This document shows positions 30,071-38,767 of a DNA stretch of 64,000 nt, in pieces (the stretch's first letter is position 1; every line of letters starts with the position of its first letter). Under the pieces are notes generated by a model. It had not been told where the DNA came from and made no database searches. It saw only the letters and a list, made by a program, of their open reading frames with translations. The DNA lies in the NCBI GenBank assembly GCA_963664825.1, contig OY761614.1, positions 1,184,001-1,248,000 on the forward strand. The letters are read 5' to 3'. Source of the DNA: an uncultured Holophaga sp. (GTDB lineage Bacteria > Acidobacteriota > Holophagae > Holophagales > Holophagaceae). A program made the translations under genes and the position numbers.

Positions 30071-31078
30071 TTATTGGGCTTCCTGTTCCCGGTAACGGGC
30101 GAGGATCTCTTCGGCCGTGACGGTGGCCGTGCCCATCTTCCCCACCACCACTCCCGCAGCGGCATTGGCCAGCATGGCCGCGTCTTTCCAGTCCGCTCCG
30201 GCAGCCACTGAGGCGCCGAATACGGCGATCACCGTATCGCCTGCGCCGCTGACATCGAAGACTTCCCTGGCCACCGTGGGGATCCACCAGGGAGCCTCGT
30301 GGGGCGTGTCGCAGGCGAGGAGGGCCATGCCCTTCTCGCTGCGGGTCACCAGGAGTCCAGCCAGACCAAGGGCCTCCGTCACCTTCCGCCCGGCCCGGGC
30401 CACCTCCTCATCCGAGCGAGCGGAGAACCCGGCCAATTCCGAGAGTTCCTTGGTATTGGGCGTCATCAGCGTGGCCCCATGATAGAGCTCGCTATGGGCG
30501 GGCTTGGGATCCACGATCCAGGGCAGTGCGGCTTTTCGGCAGAGTTCCCGGACCACATCCATGATCCCTGCCCCCACGACGCCCTTGGCGTAGTCCGAGA
30601 CGATGAGGCCCCCCGCGCCCTCCAGGGCCCGCTGGAGGCTGGCCTTCAATCCTGCGAGGGCGCTCCCATCCATCAACTCCCCGGGTTCCTCGCGATCAAT
30701 GCGCAGCATCTGCTGCTGCTGGCCGATGACCCGGGTCTTGATGATGGTGGGGCGGGAGGGATCCGTGACCACCCCCATCCCATCGACCCGGTGGCAGGCG
30801 AGCAGCTCCAGCATGCGTCGCCCCGCAGCATCATCCCGCAGAGTGCCCACCAGACAGGGCTCCGCGCCGATGGCCTTGAGGTTGGCGGCAACATTGGCGG
30901 CCCCACCCAGGACAGCCATCTCCCTCAGCACACGCACGACGGGCACGGGGGCCTCGGGGCTGATGCGATCCACTTCGCCATAGAGATACTCGTCCAGTAT
31001 GAGATCGCCGAGCACCACCACTCTGCAACCCTGGATCCTCTCCAGCAGCGCCTTGGCCCGGTCCCGTTCCAGCCTCAT
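30071..31078 (-). CDS. rfaE1: D-glycero-beta-D-manno-heptose-7-phosphate kinase (HldE kinase domain, PfkB family)
   Basis: [49 protein letters not shown]. Confidence 0.93.
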   Translation of the reverse strand: MRLERDRAKALLERIQGCRVVVLGDLILDEYLYGEVDRISPEAPVPVVRVLREMAVLGGAANVAANLKAIGAEPCLVGTLRDDAAGRRMLELLACHRVDGMGVVTDPSRPTIIKTRVIGQQQQMLRIDREEPGELMDGSALAGLKASLQRALEGAGGLIVSDYAKGVVGAGIMDVVRELCRKAALPWIVDPKPAHSELYHGATLMTPNTKELSELAGFSARSDEEVARAGRKVTEALGLAGLLVTRSEKGMALLACDTPHEAPWWIPTVAREVFDVSGAGDTVIAVFGASVAAGADWKDAAMLANAAAGVVVGKMGTATVTAEEILARYREQEAQ

Positions 31079-31260
31079 CCCTCCACCTGCTTGGCCTCTT
31101 CCTGCAGCATCACGGGAATGCCGTCCTGGATGGGATAGAGAAGCCCGCAGGCCTTGCAGCGCAAGCCATCAGCCCGCTCTTCCAGATCGCCATGGCAGGC
31201 CACCCCCTCCCTTTCGGCGGGGCAGCATAGGATCTCAAGCAAGCGGGGATCGAGGGGCAT
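31075..31260 (-). CDS. Trm112/YcaR family small protein
   Basis: [14 protein letters not shown]...C..C...[18 protein letters not shown]. Confidence 0.88.
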   Translation of the reverse strand: MPLDPRLLEILCCPAEREGVACHGDLEERADGLRCKACGLLYPIQDGIPVMLQEEAKQVEG

Positions 31261-31270
31261 GGGAACTCCT

Positions 31271-31321
31271 AGCACATCGTGTAGCAGCAGCAGTCCACGA
31301 TCCGCCTCAGCACATCGTGTA
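31271..31321. repeat. 13-bp direct repeat (38-bp period) duplicating the last codons of the ETF-QO gene
   Basis: AGCACATCGTGTA at 31271-31283 and 31309-31321. Confidence 0.8.
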
Positions 31322-33055
31322 CTTCGGCCCGCCACCCCCCTCCGGGGCGGTCCAGACCACGTTCCCCTCGGGGCACTTGATATCGCAGGTCTTGCAGTGG
31401 ACGCAATTGGAGAAGGCGATCTCCACCTGGGTGACCTTGCCCTTCTCATCGGGGTGCATCTCGTAGACCTGGGCGGGGCAGAAGACTGTGCAGGGCGCGC
31501 CCTTGGTCTCGAAACAGGCCACGCAGACCTCGTGGCCCTTGACGATCTTGAGATGGGCAGGCTGGTGCTCATCGTGCATGACACCCGCCAGGTAGACATC
31601 GTCGAGCTTCTGGTAGAGGCGCTGGCCATCGAACTTGATGCCGAGGTCCAGGTCCTCCCGGTGGAGGCCGGCCTTGCCGTAGAAGCGTTCGGTGCTTTCC
31701 GTCATGGCGGCATCCGCCTGGCCCTTCAGGGGATCTCCCGGCACCCAGCCGCCGGTGACCAGGCTCAGGCCGAGCTTGAGGCCAGCCCCCACCCCGAGGC
31801 CATGGGACAGGATGCGGTGGAAGTTGCGATAGGACTTCAGCTCCTCCCCGGCCCAAGATTCCAGATAAGCCTTGGAATAGCGCATCAGGCTGCTTTCGGA
31901 AAAGTCAGCCTCGACCAGGGCATCCAGGATCGTCTCCGCGGCCTCGATGCCACCCTTCATGGCCAGATGGATGCCCTTGAGGCGGGCGGCGTTGACCATC
32001 TGCGCCGCGTCCCCCACCAGCATGCCGCCCGGGAAGGCCAGGCGCGGCATCGAATGCCAGCCGCCGATGGCCAGGGCCTTGGCACCGTATTGGACGAGCT
32101 TGCCGCCCTCCAGCAGGGCCTGGATGCGCGCATGGGTCTTGAACTTCTGAAGGCCGAGATGGGCGTCGGCGAAGGGATCAGCCGTATCCAGGCTCATCAC
32201 GTAGCCCACGGCCAGGTGGTTGCCCGACATCTTGTAGACGAAGGAACCGCCGCTCTCGCCGTCCGCCATGGGCCAGCCCGTGCTGTGCAGGACGAAGCCC
32301 TCTGGCACGCGCCCTTCGGGGATCTCCCAGATCTCCTTGGCGCCGGTCTCGAAGAACTGCGGGTTGGGGGCGTCCTTCTGGAGGCCCAGCACTTCCTCCA
32401 GTTCCCGGGCCAGATGACCCCTGGGCCCTTCACCGAAGACCGTCACCTTGGCCCTCAGGTTATTGCCGGGTTCGAAGTTGGACCTGGGCGTGCCATCCCC
32501 ATTCACGCCCTTATCGGCGGTCTGGACACCCACCACCCGGCCATCCTCCCAGAGCACCTTGAGGCCCGCGAAGCCCGGCAGCAGCATCACATCCACTCCC
32601 GGCACTTCCCGGGCCTCGATCTGCTCGGCCATCCAGCGGACCATCCGGGAGAGCGAGACGATATGGGAACCGTGGTTATGGAAGAAGGGCGGCAGGATGG
32701 GCAGTTTGAAGCCGTTGCGCTCGCTGGTGAAGAGCCAGACCTCCTCCTCCTTGACCTTGCCTTCCGAAGGGAAGCCGCGCTTCCGGAAATCCGGGCAGAG
32801 TTCCTTCAGGGCGATGGGGTCCAACACGGCACCGGAAAAAGCGTGGTCCCCGATCTCGTCGGCCTTCTCGATGAGGCCGATGGTGAGGCCTTCCAATTTC
32901 TTGGAACCCTCCCGGCCATTGTGAGCCTCGATGAGGTCCAGCAGACGCCAGAGGCCAGCTAGGTTGGCCGGGCCGCCACCCACGAAGAGCACATCGAAAT
33001 CCAGGTCCTCGCGTTCCACATCCGGCCGTAACGACTGGGTCGAAAAATCTCGCAT
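31307..33055 (-). CDS. Electron transfer flavoprotein-ubiquinone oxidoreductase
   Basis: VGGGPA FAD site, SGAVLDP, GDAA...[33 protein letters not shown]. Confidence 0.95.
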   Translation of the reverse strand: MRDFSTQSLRPDVEREDLDFDVLFVGGGPANLAGLWRLLDLIEAHNGREGSKKLEGLTIGLIEKADEIGDHAFSGAVLDPIALKELCPDFRKRGFPSEGKVKEEEVWLFTSERNGFKLPILPPFFHNHGSHIVSLSRMVRWMAEQIEAREVPGVDVMLLPGFAGLKVLWEDGRVVGVQTADKGVNGDGTPRSNFEPGNNLRAKVTVFGEGPRGHLARELEEVLGLQKDAPNPQFFETGAKEIWEIPEGRVPEGFVLHSTGWPMADGESGGSFVYKMSGNHLAVGYVMSLDTADPFADAHLGLQKFKTHARIQALLEGGKLVQYGAKALAIGGWHSMPRLAFPGGMLVGDAAQMVNAARLKGIHLAMKGGIEAAETILDALVEADFSESSLMRYSKAYLESWAGEELKSYRNFHRILSHGLGVGAGLKLGLSLVTGGWVPGDPLKGQADAAMTESTERFYGKAGLHREDLDLGIKFDGQRLYQKLDDVYLAGVMHDEHQPAHLKIVKGHEVCVACFETKGAPCTVFCPAQVYEMHPDEKGKVTQVEIAFSNCVHCKTCDIKCPEGNVVWTAPEGGGGPKYTMC

Positions 33056-33118
33056 GGGGGTCTCCAACTAACAGAACACCCAGTTTAACCGTTGTCGCGG
33101 CTTTCCGCCGAGGTGGCC

Positions 33119-34039
33119 TCAGCCCGCGATGAGCCTCACCAAGGGGATCACCGCCAGGCTGCAGATGACGCCGGAGTAGAAGCTGAGGAGGGTGTACTGG
33201 CGACCGCAGTAGCGCTGCACGAAGGGGAGCATCACGTCCATGCTGGTGGCGCCTCCCAGATACACCGGCAGGTAGGGCGACACCCGGGCCGCCAGGGGCG
33301 CGCTGAGGATGGAGAGCAGTTCGCGGAAGACATTGTGGATGAAGGCCAGGAGGGAGAGCAGCACCAGGCCGCGCTCGGCGAGGAGCACGGAGGACAGCGA
33401 GTACCAGCCCATGCCGGAATAGATCAGCATGCCTTCCCGGGCGGAATGCCGGGAGACCAGGCTGAACAGGAGGCCACACCCAAGGCTGGCCAGGATATTC
33501 ACGAAGGGCGCCAGCAGCAGCAAGGGCGGGAGCTGGCGCAGATCCAGGCGATGCAGTTCGGCGCCCAGATCGAATCCGATGAAGAGGAGGAGGGCGCGCA
33601 GGATCCATTCCCCCAGGAGATCCATCGGAATGCGCGCCGCGACGGCCCCGGGAAGGGCCAGGAAGAGGAGGAAGCCCGCCAGGATGCAGCCGCTATTGAG
33701 GGCCACGGCCCCCAACTCATGGCCCTCACCGGTCTCGGCCGAGGCCTCCTCCGCGTGAGGCCCCACACCACGGCCGCGCACCCGGTCGACGAGGAGGAAG
33801 ACGCCGAAGAAGACCGCCACCAGGAACAAGCTCGAGGCGATGGCGGCGAAAAATACGCTGAGGTCCTTGGCGAAGAGGCCCCGATTCAGCGCCAGCTTCA
33901 TGCCCATGACGGCCAGCAGGGCCCACAGCGTTCCACGCCCGAAACCGCGATTGAGGAGGACGGCTCGCTCGGAATCCCGGGCGCACCAGCCCAGAGCGCC
34001 CCCAAGCACCAGCACAGAGAAAAGAATCAAGACGCCCAT
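33119..34039 (-). CDS. LysO (DUF340/YbjE) family exporter
   Basis: Multi-TM; GMGWYSLS, NVFRE, GGATSMDVMLP. Confidence 0.88.
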   Translation of the reverse strand: MGVLILFSVLVLGGALGWCARDSERAVLLNRGFGRGTLWALLAVMGMKLALNRGLFAKDLSVFFAAIASSLFLVAVFFGVFLLVDRVRGRGVGPHAEEASAETGEGHELGAVALNSGCILAGFLLFLALPGAVAARIPMDLLGEWILRALLLFIGFDLGAELHRLDLRQLPPLLLLAPFVNILASLGCGLLFSLVSRHSAREGMLIYSGMGWYSLSSVLLAERGLVLLSLLAFIHNVFRELLSILSAPLAARVSPYLPVYLGGATSMDVMLPFVQRYCGRQYTLLSFYSGVICSLAVIPLVRLIAG

Positions 34040-34051
34040 GGAAGGATCTCT

Positions 34052-34633
34052 TCAGCTCAGACGCATTTTCAGGGCCCGGGCGGCGCGGCCCCGGTGGCTG
34101 AGGCCGTGTTTGATCTCGGTGGCCAGTTCGCCGAAGGTCTGTTCGAACTCGTCGGGGATGAAGATGGGGTCGTAGCCGAAACCATGGATACCCCTGGGTT
34201 CCAGGGCCAGCGTGCCTTCGACTGCGCCGCTCACGGTGAAGGGCTCTCCCTCCAGGGGCGCGAAGGCCAGCACGCAGACGAAGCGGGCCGTGCGGGGGGC
34301 ATCGGCGGGAATCATGGAGAGGAGCTTCCGGTTCTTGGCCGGGTAATCCAGGTCGGCGGCGAAGCGGGCCGAGAGCACGCCGGGACCGCCCCAGAGCGCG
34401 TCCACGCAGAGGCCTGAATCGTCGGCCAGGACGCCCTCCACGGGTTCAAGACCCTGCTGTTTCCACCAATCGAGCGCGTAGGTGACCTTCTGGAGGGCAT
34501 TGTCCTGGAAGAAGGCGCCGTCTTCGGGGATCTCGGGGGCCTCAGGCGGCCAGAGCACGAATTCGATGCCCGGCAGCAGTTCCGAGAGTTCCTGGGCCTT
34601 GTGGGCATTGCGGGAGGCGAGGAGGAGCTTCAT
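34052..34633 (-). CDS. rdgB: Non-canonical purine NTP pyrophosphatase (HAM1)
   Basis: ASRNAHK, NALQK, ADDSGL, PGVLSAR, GFGYDPIF, SHRG.A. Confidence 0.95.
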   Translation of the reverse strand: MKLLLASRNAHKAQELSELLPGIEFVLWPPEAPEIPEDGAFFQDNALQKVTYALDWWKQQGLEPVEGVLADDSGLCVDALWGGPGVLSARFAADLDYPAKNRKLLSMIPADAPRTARFVCVLAFAPLEGEPFTVSGAVEGTLALEPRGIHGFGYDPIFIPDEFEQTFGELATEIKHGLSHRGRAARALKMRLS

Positions 34634-34637
34634 GGCT

Positions 34638-35636
34638 TCAGCATCCCACGACTTCCGTGTACCACGCCCTCGCCCGCTCCGGCGTCAGGTCGCCGTGGAG
34701 GAGGGCCCGGCCATCCCGGAAGAGCATGACGCGCCAGGCCCCGTCCATGCCGGAAAGAGCCAGGCTGCTGAGTTTCCAGGCGTTGCCCGTGCGCGCTTCC
34801 AGGCGCTCCTGAAGGGATGGCAGGTCGAGGTCGCCGGGGGGGTTCACACGGATCTGGACGCCTTCCAGGCCGCAGAGCCGAGAGGCTCGCAGGCTCCAGC
34901 GGGCATCCAGGAATTCGGTAATCTTCTCCGTGCAGAAGCGGCAGCGAGATTTCGGGGGATGGATGAACTGGCGTTCGTTGCGCCAGAAGTCGAAGCGGGC
35001 CAGCTCCGAATGGGGTTCCTTTCCCGTGAGGAGCTTGATGGCCTCTAGGGCGGCCCAGCTCCCCACCACGCCCACGGCGGGCCCCAGCACACCCGCGCTA
35101 TCGCAGGTGTCCACGTCGCCGGATGCGGGCGGCTCCTCCATGAGACAGCGCAGGCAGGGCGTCCGGGGGGGGTGGATGGGCCAGACCATGCCCTCGGCGC
35201 CGAGAGCCCCGGCGTAGATCCAGGGCCTGCCCGTGAGGATCGACACATCGTTGATGAGGTAGCGCGCCTCGAAATTGTCCGTGCCATCCAGGATCAGATC
35301 GAAGCCCGAAAGCAGTTCCCGGGCGTTGCCGCTGGTGAGATCGGCGATGATGGGCCGGATCTCGATTCCCGAATTGGCCTCCCGGAGCCGGGCCGCGGCC
35401 ACCTCGGCCTTGGGCCGCAGCAGATCGCTCTCCCCATAGAGGATCTGGCGCTGGAGGTTGCTCCGCTCCACGAGATCCCGGTCCAGGATCGTCAGATGCC
35501 CCACCCCTGCCCGCACCAGCCAGGGCGCGATGACCGAGCCGGTAGCCCCCAGGCCCACCAGCACCACCCGCGCCTCCCGCAGCCGGGCCTCGGCCTCGGC
35601 GCCAAGAAAGATACGCTGCTTCGCGTATCGGTCCAT
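34638..35636 (-). CDS. ThiF/MoeB family E1-like adenylyltransferase (long form with C-terminal extension)
   Basis: RYAKQ, GLGATG, DRD.VE.SNLQRQ, DGTDNFEAR, CLRC, TCDSAGV, CRFC, F.DGR. Confidence 0.93.
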   Translation of the reverse strand: MDRYAKQRIFLGAEAEARLREARVVLVGLGATGSVIAPWLVRAGVGHLTILDRDLVERSNLQRQILYGESDLLRPKAEVAAARLREANSGIEIRPIIADLTSGNARELLSGFDLILDGTDNFEARYLINDVSILTGRPWIYAGALGAEGMVWPIHPPRTPCLRCLMEEPPASGDVDTCDSAGVLGPAVGVVGSWAALEAIKLLTGKEPHSELARFDFWRNERQFIHPPKSRCRFCTEKITEFLDARWSLRASRLCGLEGVQIRVNPPGDLDLPSLQERLEARTGNAWKLSSLALSGMDGAWRVMLFRDGRALLHGDLTPERARAWYTEVVGC

Positions 35637-35743
35637 CACCGAAGCCCACCCCTTCCCTCGACCCACATGTCCAGAAGGGAGGGCCTCGGCATCGCCGAAG
35701 GCGGCACCGAGACAATGCGCTGTTTCCCGTGCCGGTCCATCAT
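35636..35743 (-). CDS. Array peptide D, MMDRHGKQRIVSVPPSAMPRPSLLDMWVEGRGGLR (35 aa)
   Basis: ATGA overlap upstream; its TGA overlaps the thiF/moeB start (GTGATG). Confidence 0.4.
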   Translation of the reverse strand: MMDRHGKQRIVSVPPSAMPRPSLLDMWVEGRGGLR

Positions 35744-35847
35744 CGAAGCCCGTCCCTTTCCGCGGCCGACCTACCCAAAAGGGAGGGCCTCGGCATCGCC
35801 GGAGGCGATACCGAGAGGATTCGCTGCTTTGCGTGCCGGTCCATCAT
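35740..35847 (-). CDS. Array peptide C, MMDRHAKQRILSVSPPAMPRPSLLGRSAAERDGLR (35 aa)
   Basis: ATGA overlap at both ends. Confidence 0.4.
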   Translation of the reverse strand: MMDRHAKQRILSVSPPAMPRPSLLGRSAAERDGLR

Positions 35848-35951
35848 TGAAGCCCGTCCCTTCCCTCGACCCACATGTCCAAAAGGGAGGGCCTCGGCAT
35901 CGCCGAAGGCGGTACCGAGAGGATACGCTGCTTCGCGTACCGGTCCCTCAT
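35844..35951 (-). CDS. Array peptide B, MRDRYAKQRILSVPPSAMPRPSLLDMWVEGRDGLQ (35 aa)
   Basis: ATGA overlap at both ends. Confidence 0.4.
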   Translation of the reverse strand: MRDRYAKQRILSVPPSAMPRPSLLDMWVEGRDGLQ

Positions 35952-36052
35952 CGAAGCCCACCCCTTCCCTCGACCCACATGTCCAAAAGGGAGGGCCTCG
36001 GCATCGCCGAAGGCGATACCGAGAGGATTCGCTGCTTGGCGTACCGGTCCAT
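35948..36052 (-). CDS. Array peptide A, MDRYAKQRILSVSPSAMPRPSLLDMWVEGRGGLR (34 aa)
   Basis: Hand translation; TAAGCT hexamer 6 nt upstream; stop overlaps the next ATG. Confidence 0.45.
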   Translation of the reverse strand: MDRYAKQRILSVSPSAMPRPSLLDMWVEGRGGLR

Positions 36053-36061
36053 ATCGATAGC

Positions 36062-36481
36062 TTACCTGGGCAAGGGGATCCACCCCCATCCGTGAGCCAG
36101 GATGTTCAGGAAGTTCTGAGCGCCCCGGGAGAACAGCGTGTATTTCACGGACATCTGGATGGTCCGGTCTTCGGGGCCCACCAGTACAAAATTGAAGGGG
36201 CGCTCGGAATTGGCCCACCTCTCGGCGCGCACCTTCCACCGAGCCGCGGCCTTGCCGTCTACGGTGACGATCTCCATGGCCTGTTCTTCGCCCACGGCCT
36301 TCGGTGTCCAGCTGCCCAAGGGCAGCGGCAGCGTAATCACCCAGAGGTCTCCTACCTTGCGGGCATCTGCTTGCAGCGTCTGAGCAGGGTGGCCGCTGAT
36401 ATCGGGAGTCAGGATGTGGTGGCGGCAACCCAGGCAGCAGAGCAAGGTGAGCCCAAGGCCCAGAGACAGCTTCAGTTTCAT
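36062..36481 (-). CDS. Hypothetical lipoprotein
   Basis: MKLKLSLGLGLTLLCCLGC lipoprotein signal. Confidence 0.75.
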   Translation of the reverse strand: MKLKLSLGLGLTLLCCLGCRHHILTPDISGHPAQTLQADARKVGDLWVITLPLPLGSWTPKAVGEEQAMEIVTVDGKAAARWKVRAERWANSERPFNFVLVGPEDRTIQMSVKYTLFSRGAQNFLNILAHGWGWIPLPR

Positions 36482-36501
36482 TCACGCACCTATCGCCCAA
36501 A

Positions 36502-36535
36502 CAAAAGGGGACGAGCGTGAGCCCGTCCCCTTTTG
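36502..36535 (-). terminator. Intrinsic terminator
   Basis: Perfect 12-bp stem CAAAAGGGGACG/CGTCCCCTTTTG with T-rich tail on the minus strand. Confidence 0.75.
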
Positions 36536-36549
36536 GGTTGAAGGGAAGC

Positions 36550-37029
36550 CTAGGACTGGACGGGAGCGGGAGCGGCAGTGCCCTGCTCGGCCATGGCCTT
36601 CTCGTACTCGGCCTGGAGACGGCTGGCGTCGGAGACGGCGAACTTATAGACATACTCGAAGCGGTCCGTACCCTTGGTGAGGCCGATGATCACTTCGAAA
36701 ACGCCCTCGGCGTTCACTTCGAAGGGGCTGGCGATGACGTTGAAGGTGCCTTCCTTGGCGCCGTCGGGGATCTGCACATCGCTATCGCGGATGATGTCCT
36801 TGCGCTCGCCATTGGGACTCACAATGGAGAAGCTGAACTTGAACTGGCCGTCCATGCGGCTGAAGCGGGTGTAGAAGCACACCTTGGGGAGGACGAAGGG
36901 GATCTGGGGCACAACGATGTGATGGTCATAGATGCCCATGAGGGAAGTCTTACCCCCCATTTCCTGCCGGATATCGTCGCAGAGCAGGGTGAACTCGTGC
37001 TTGGGGGCTTTGATCTGAACTTCCTGCAT
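36550..37029 (-). CDS. Conserved hypothetical protein (DUF6941-like)
   Basis: LLCDDIRQE.GGK.SLMGIY motif; GGAG SD; strong codon bias. Confidence 0.75.
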   Translation of the reverse strand: MQEVQIKAPKHEFTLLCDDIRQEMGGKTSLMGIYDHHIVVPQIPFVLPKVCFYTRFSRMDGQFKFSFSIVSPNGERKDIIRDSDVQIPDGAKEGTFNVIASPFEVNAEGVFEVIIGLTKGTDRFEYVYKFAVSDASRLQAEYEKAMAEQGTAAPAPVQS

Positions 37030-37147
37030 GGGATCTCCTGGGTGAACGGTCAGTTTACCTTCAGGCCGGGCCTTTTCCAATGAAAGCCTGAGAATCCAGC
37101 CTGGACGGCCTTCCAGGGTATCTTGGAGAGAGTCCCTGGAGGCACCC

Positions 37148-38758
37148 GTGTTTCGTTGGATCTGCATCCTGTTCGCATCCTTTCTGCTGTCGGCCCAGGA
37201 ACTGCGCCTTCAGGTGCTGTCCACCACCGACATGCACGCGACCGTCATGCCGGAGGATTCCTATACCCTTCAGCCCGTCCCCCGAGGTTGGGCCAAGGTG
37301 GCCACCCTCATCCGGGAACTGAAGGCCAAGAACCCCAATACGCTGCTGGTGGATTGCGGCGACACCATTCAGGGCGAACCCCTGGCCTACGTGGGAGCCC
37401 GCCTTCACCCCGAACTGCCCGATCCCTCCATGGCCATCATGAACGCCCTGGGCTATCACGCCATGACCGTGGGCAATCACGACTTCGACTGGGGCATGGC
37501 CCCCCTCCGCCGGGCCGAGGAACAGGCCACCTTCCCCTGGCTGGGGGCCAATGTGCGCCTGAGTTCCACGGGCAAGAGCGCCTTCACGCCCTACGCCGTG
37601 GTGGAGATGGGCGGCGCCCGGGTGGGCATCCTGGGGCTGACCACCTCGGCCATGGCCCGACTGGGGGATGCCACCACCCTCGGGGCCCTGCGCTTCCAGG
37701 ATGCGGTGGAGACCGCCAAGACCCTTGTGCCCATCCTCCGGGACAAGGAGAAGGTGGATGTGGTGATCGTCGCCCTCCACGGAGGCCTGGGCGATCCGGG
37801 AGCCGTGCCCTTCGAGGCGAACCAGGCCCTGGCCCTCATCGAGCGGGTGCCGGGCATCGATCTGGTCCTGGCGGGCCATACCCACGAAGCCATCACCCTC
37901 CGCCACAAGGGCGTGCCCATCCTCCAGAGCCTCTCCCAGGGCCGCGCCCTGGGCGTCACGGAGCTGGTCCTGAATAAGGAAAAGCGCCACTGGAAACTGG
38001 TCTCCAGCGAGACCCGGTTGGTGCAGCCCACGCTGGAGACCCCCAATGACCCCCAGGTGCTGGAACTCACGGCCCCCCTGCGCGCCTTGACGAATGCCTA
38101 TCTCAACACCCTCGCCACCAACCTGACCATGGATCTGGATGGGCGCTGGTCCCGCATGGAGGATTCGGCCCTGGTGCAGCTCCTCCACAGCGTGCAGAAG
38201 AAGGCCGTAGGCGCCCAGCTCTCGGCGACCTTCAGCCCCTCCACCCATTACTTCGTGCCCAAGGGGCCCACCTCCATCCGCCAGTTTTGGGCCCTGATGC
38301 CTTTCGAAAACAAGGTCGCCCGCATCCGCGTCACGGGCCTCCAGGTGAAGCTCTGGCTGGAGCAAGCGGCCCGCTACTACAACTTCAGCCATCTGCCGGA
38401 GCTCTTCAATAAGGAAGTGCCCGGCTACGACTTCGACATGATCGATGGAGTCAGCTACGCCCTGGATATCTCCAGGCCTGTGGGCCAGCGGGTCGTGGAC
38501 CTGAAGTTCCAGGGCCAGCCCGTGAAGGAGAACCAGCCCTTCACCATGGCCATCAATAGCTACCGCCTGAGCGGCGGGGGCGGCTACCTGGAGGCCATCC
38601 ACTTCAAGGGGGAGGCCGAGGAAGTGAACCCCACGCCCCTGCGCAATCTCCTCTTCGAACGGGTGCTGGGACAGTCCAGCCTGAGCGTGCCCCTGGCCTC
38701 CAACTGGCACATCATCCCCGCCCTGGACCGGGTGCGGGTGCTAGCCCAGTCGAAATAG
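37148..38758 (+). CDS. Bifunctional 2',3'-cyclic-nucleotide phosphodiesterase / 5'-nucleotidase family, secreted
   Basis: TTDMH, DCGDTIQG, GNHDFDWG, LAGHTH, PFEN, NSYR..GGG. Confidence 0.9.
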   Translation: MFRWICILFASFLLSAQELRLQVLSTTDMHATVMPEDSYTLQPVPRGWAKVATLIRELKAKNPNTLLVDCGDTIQGEPLAYVGARLHPELPDPSMAIMNALGYHAMTVGNHDFDWGMAPLRRAEEQATFPWLGANVRLSSTGKSAFTPYAVVEMGGARVGILGLTTSAMARLGDATTLGALRFQDAVETAKTLVPILRDKEKVDVVIVALHGGLGDPGAVPFEANQALALIERVPGIDLVLAGHTHEAITLRHKGVPILQSLSQGRALGVTELVLNKEKRHWKLVSSETRLVQPTLETPNDPQVLELTAPLRALTNAYLNTLATNLTMDLDGRWSRMEDSALVQLLHSVQKKAVGAQLSATFSPSTHYFVPKGPTSIRQFWALMPFENKVARIRVTGLQVKLWLEQAARYYNFSHLPELFNKEVPGYDFDMIDGVSYALDISRPVGQRVVDLKFQGQPVKENQPFTMAINSYRLSGGGGYLEAIHFKGEAEEVNPTPLRNLLFERVLGQSSLSVPLASNWHIIPALDRVRVLAQSK

Positions 38759-38767
38759 CCCTCATCG

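Larger units (their letters stand above)
35610..36052 (-). repeat. Tandem array of four 104-bp hairpin-rich units plus a fifth partial copy that is the thiF/moeB start
   Basis: Equivalent positions at 36052, 35948, 35844, 35740 and 35636 (exact 104-bp period). Each unit holds CTCGGCATCGCC-GAA-GGCGATACCGAG or a variant. Confidence 0.95.

Noticed and set aside
34638..35636. CBASS/Bil-type E1-E2-JAB antiphage system
   Set aside because: No E2, JAB, Ubl or cyclase genes adjacent; neighbours are rdgB and lysO.
35610..36052. CRISPR array
   Set aside because: Whole 104-bp units are homologous, there are no unique spacers, and no cas genes are in the window.
35844..36653. Longer ORF-track calls crossing the array (269 aa, 73 aa, and plus-strand 263/307 aa)
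   Set aside because: They are read-through of the repeats in shifted frames or antisense, and the longer ones overlap the better-supported lipoprotein gene and terminator.
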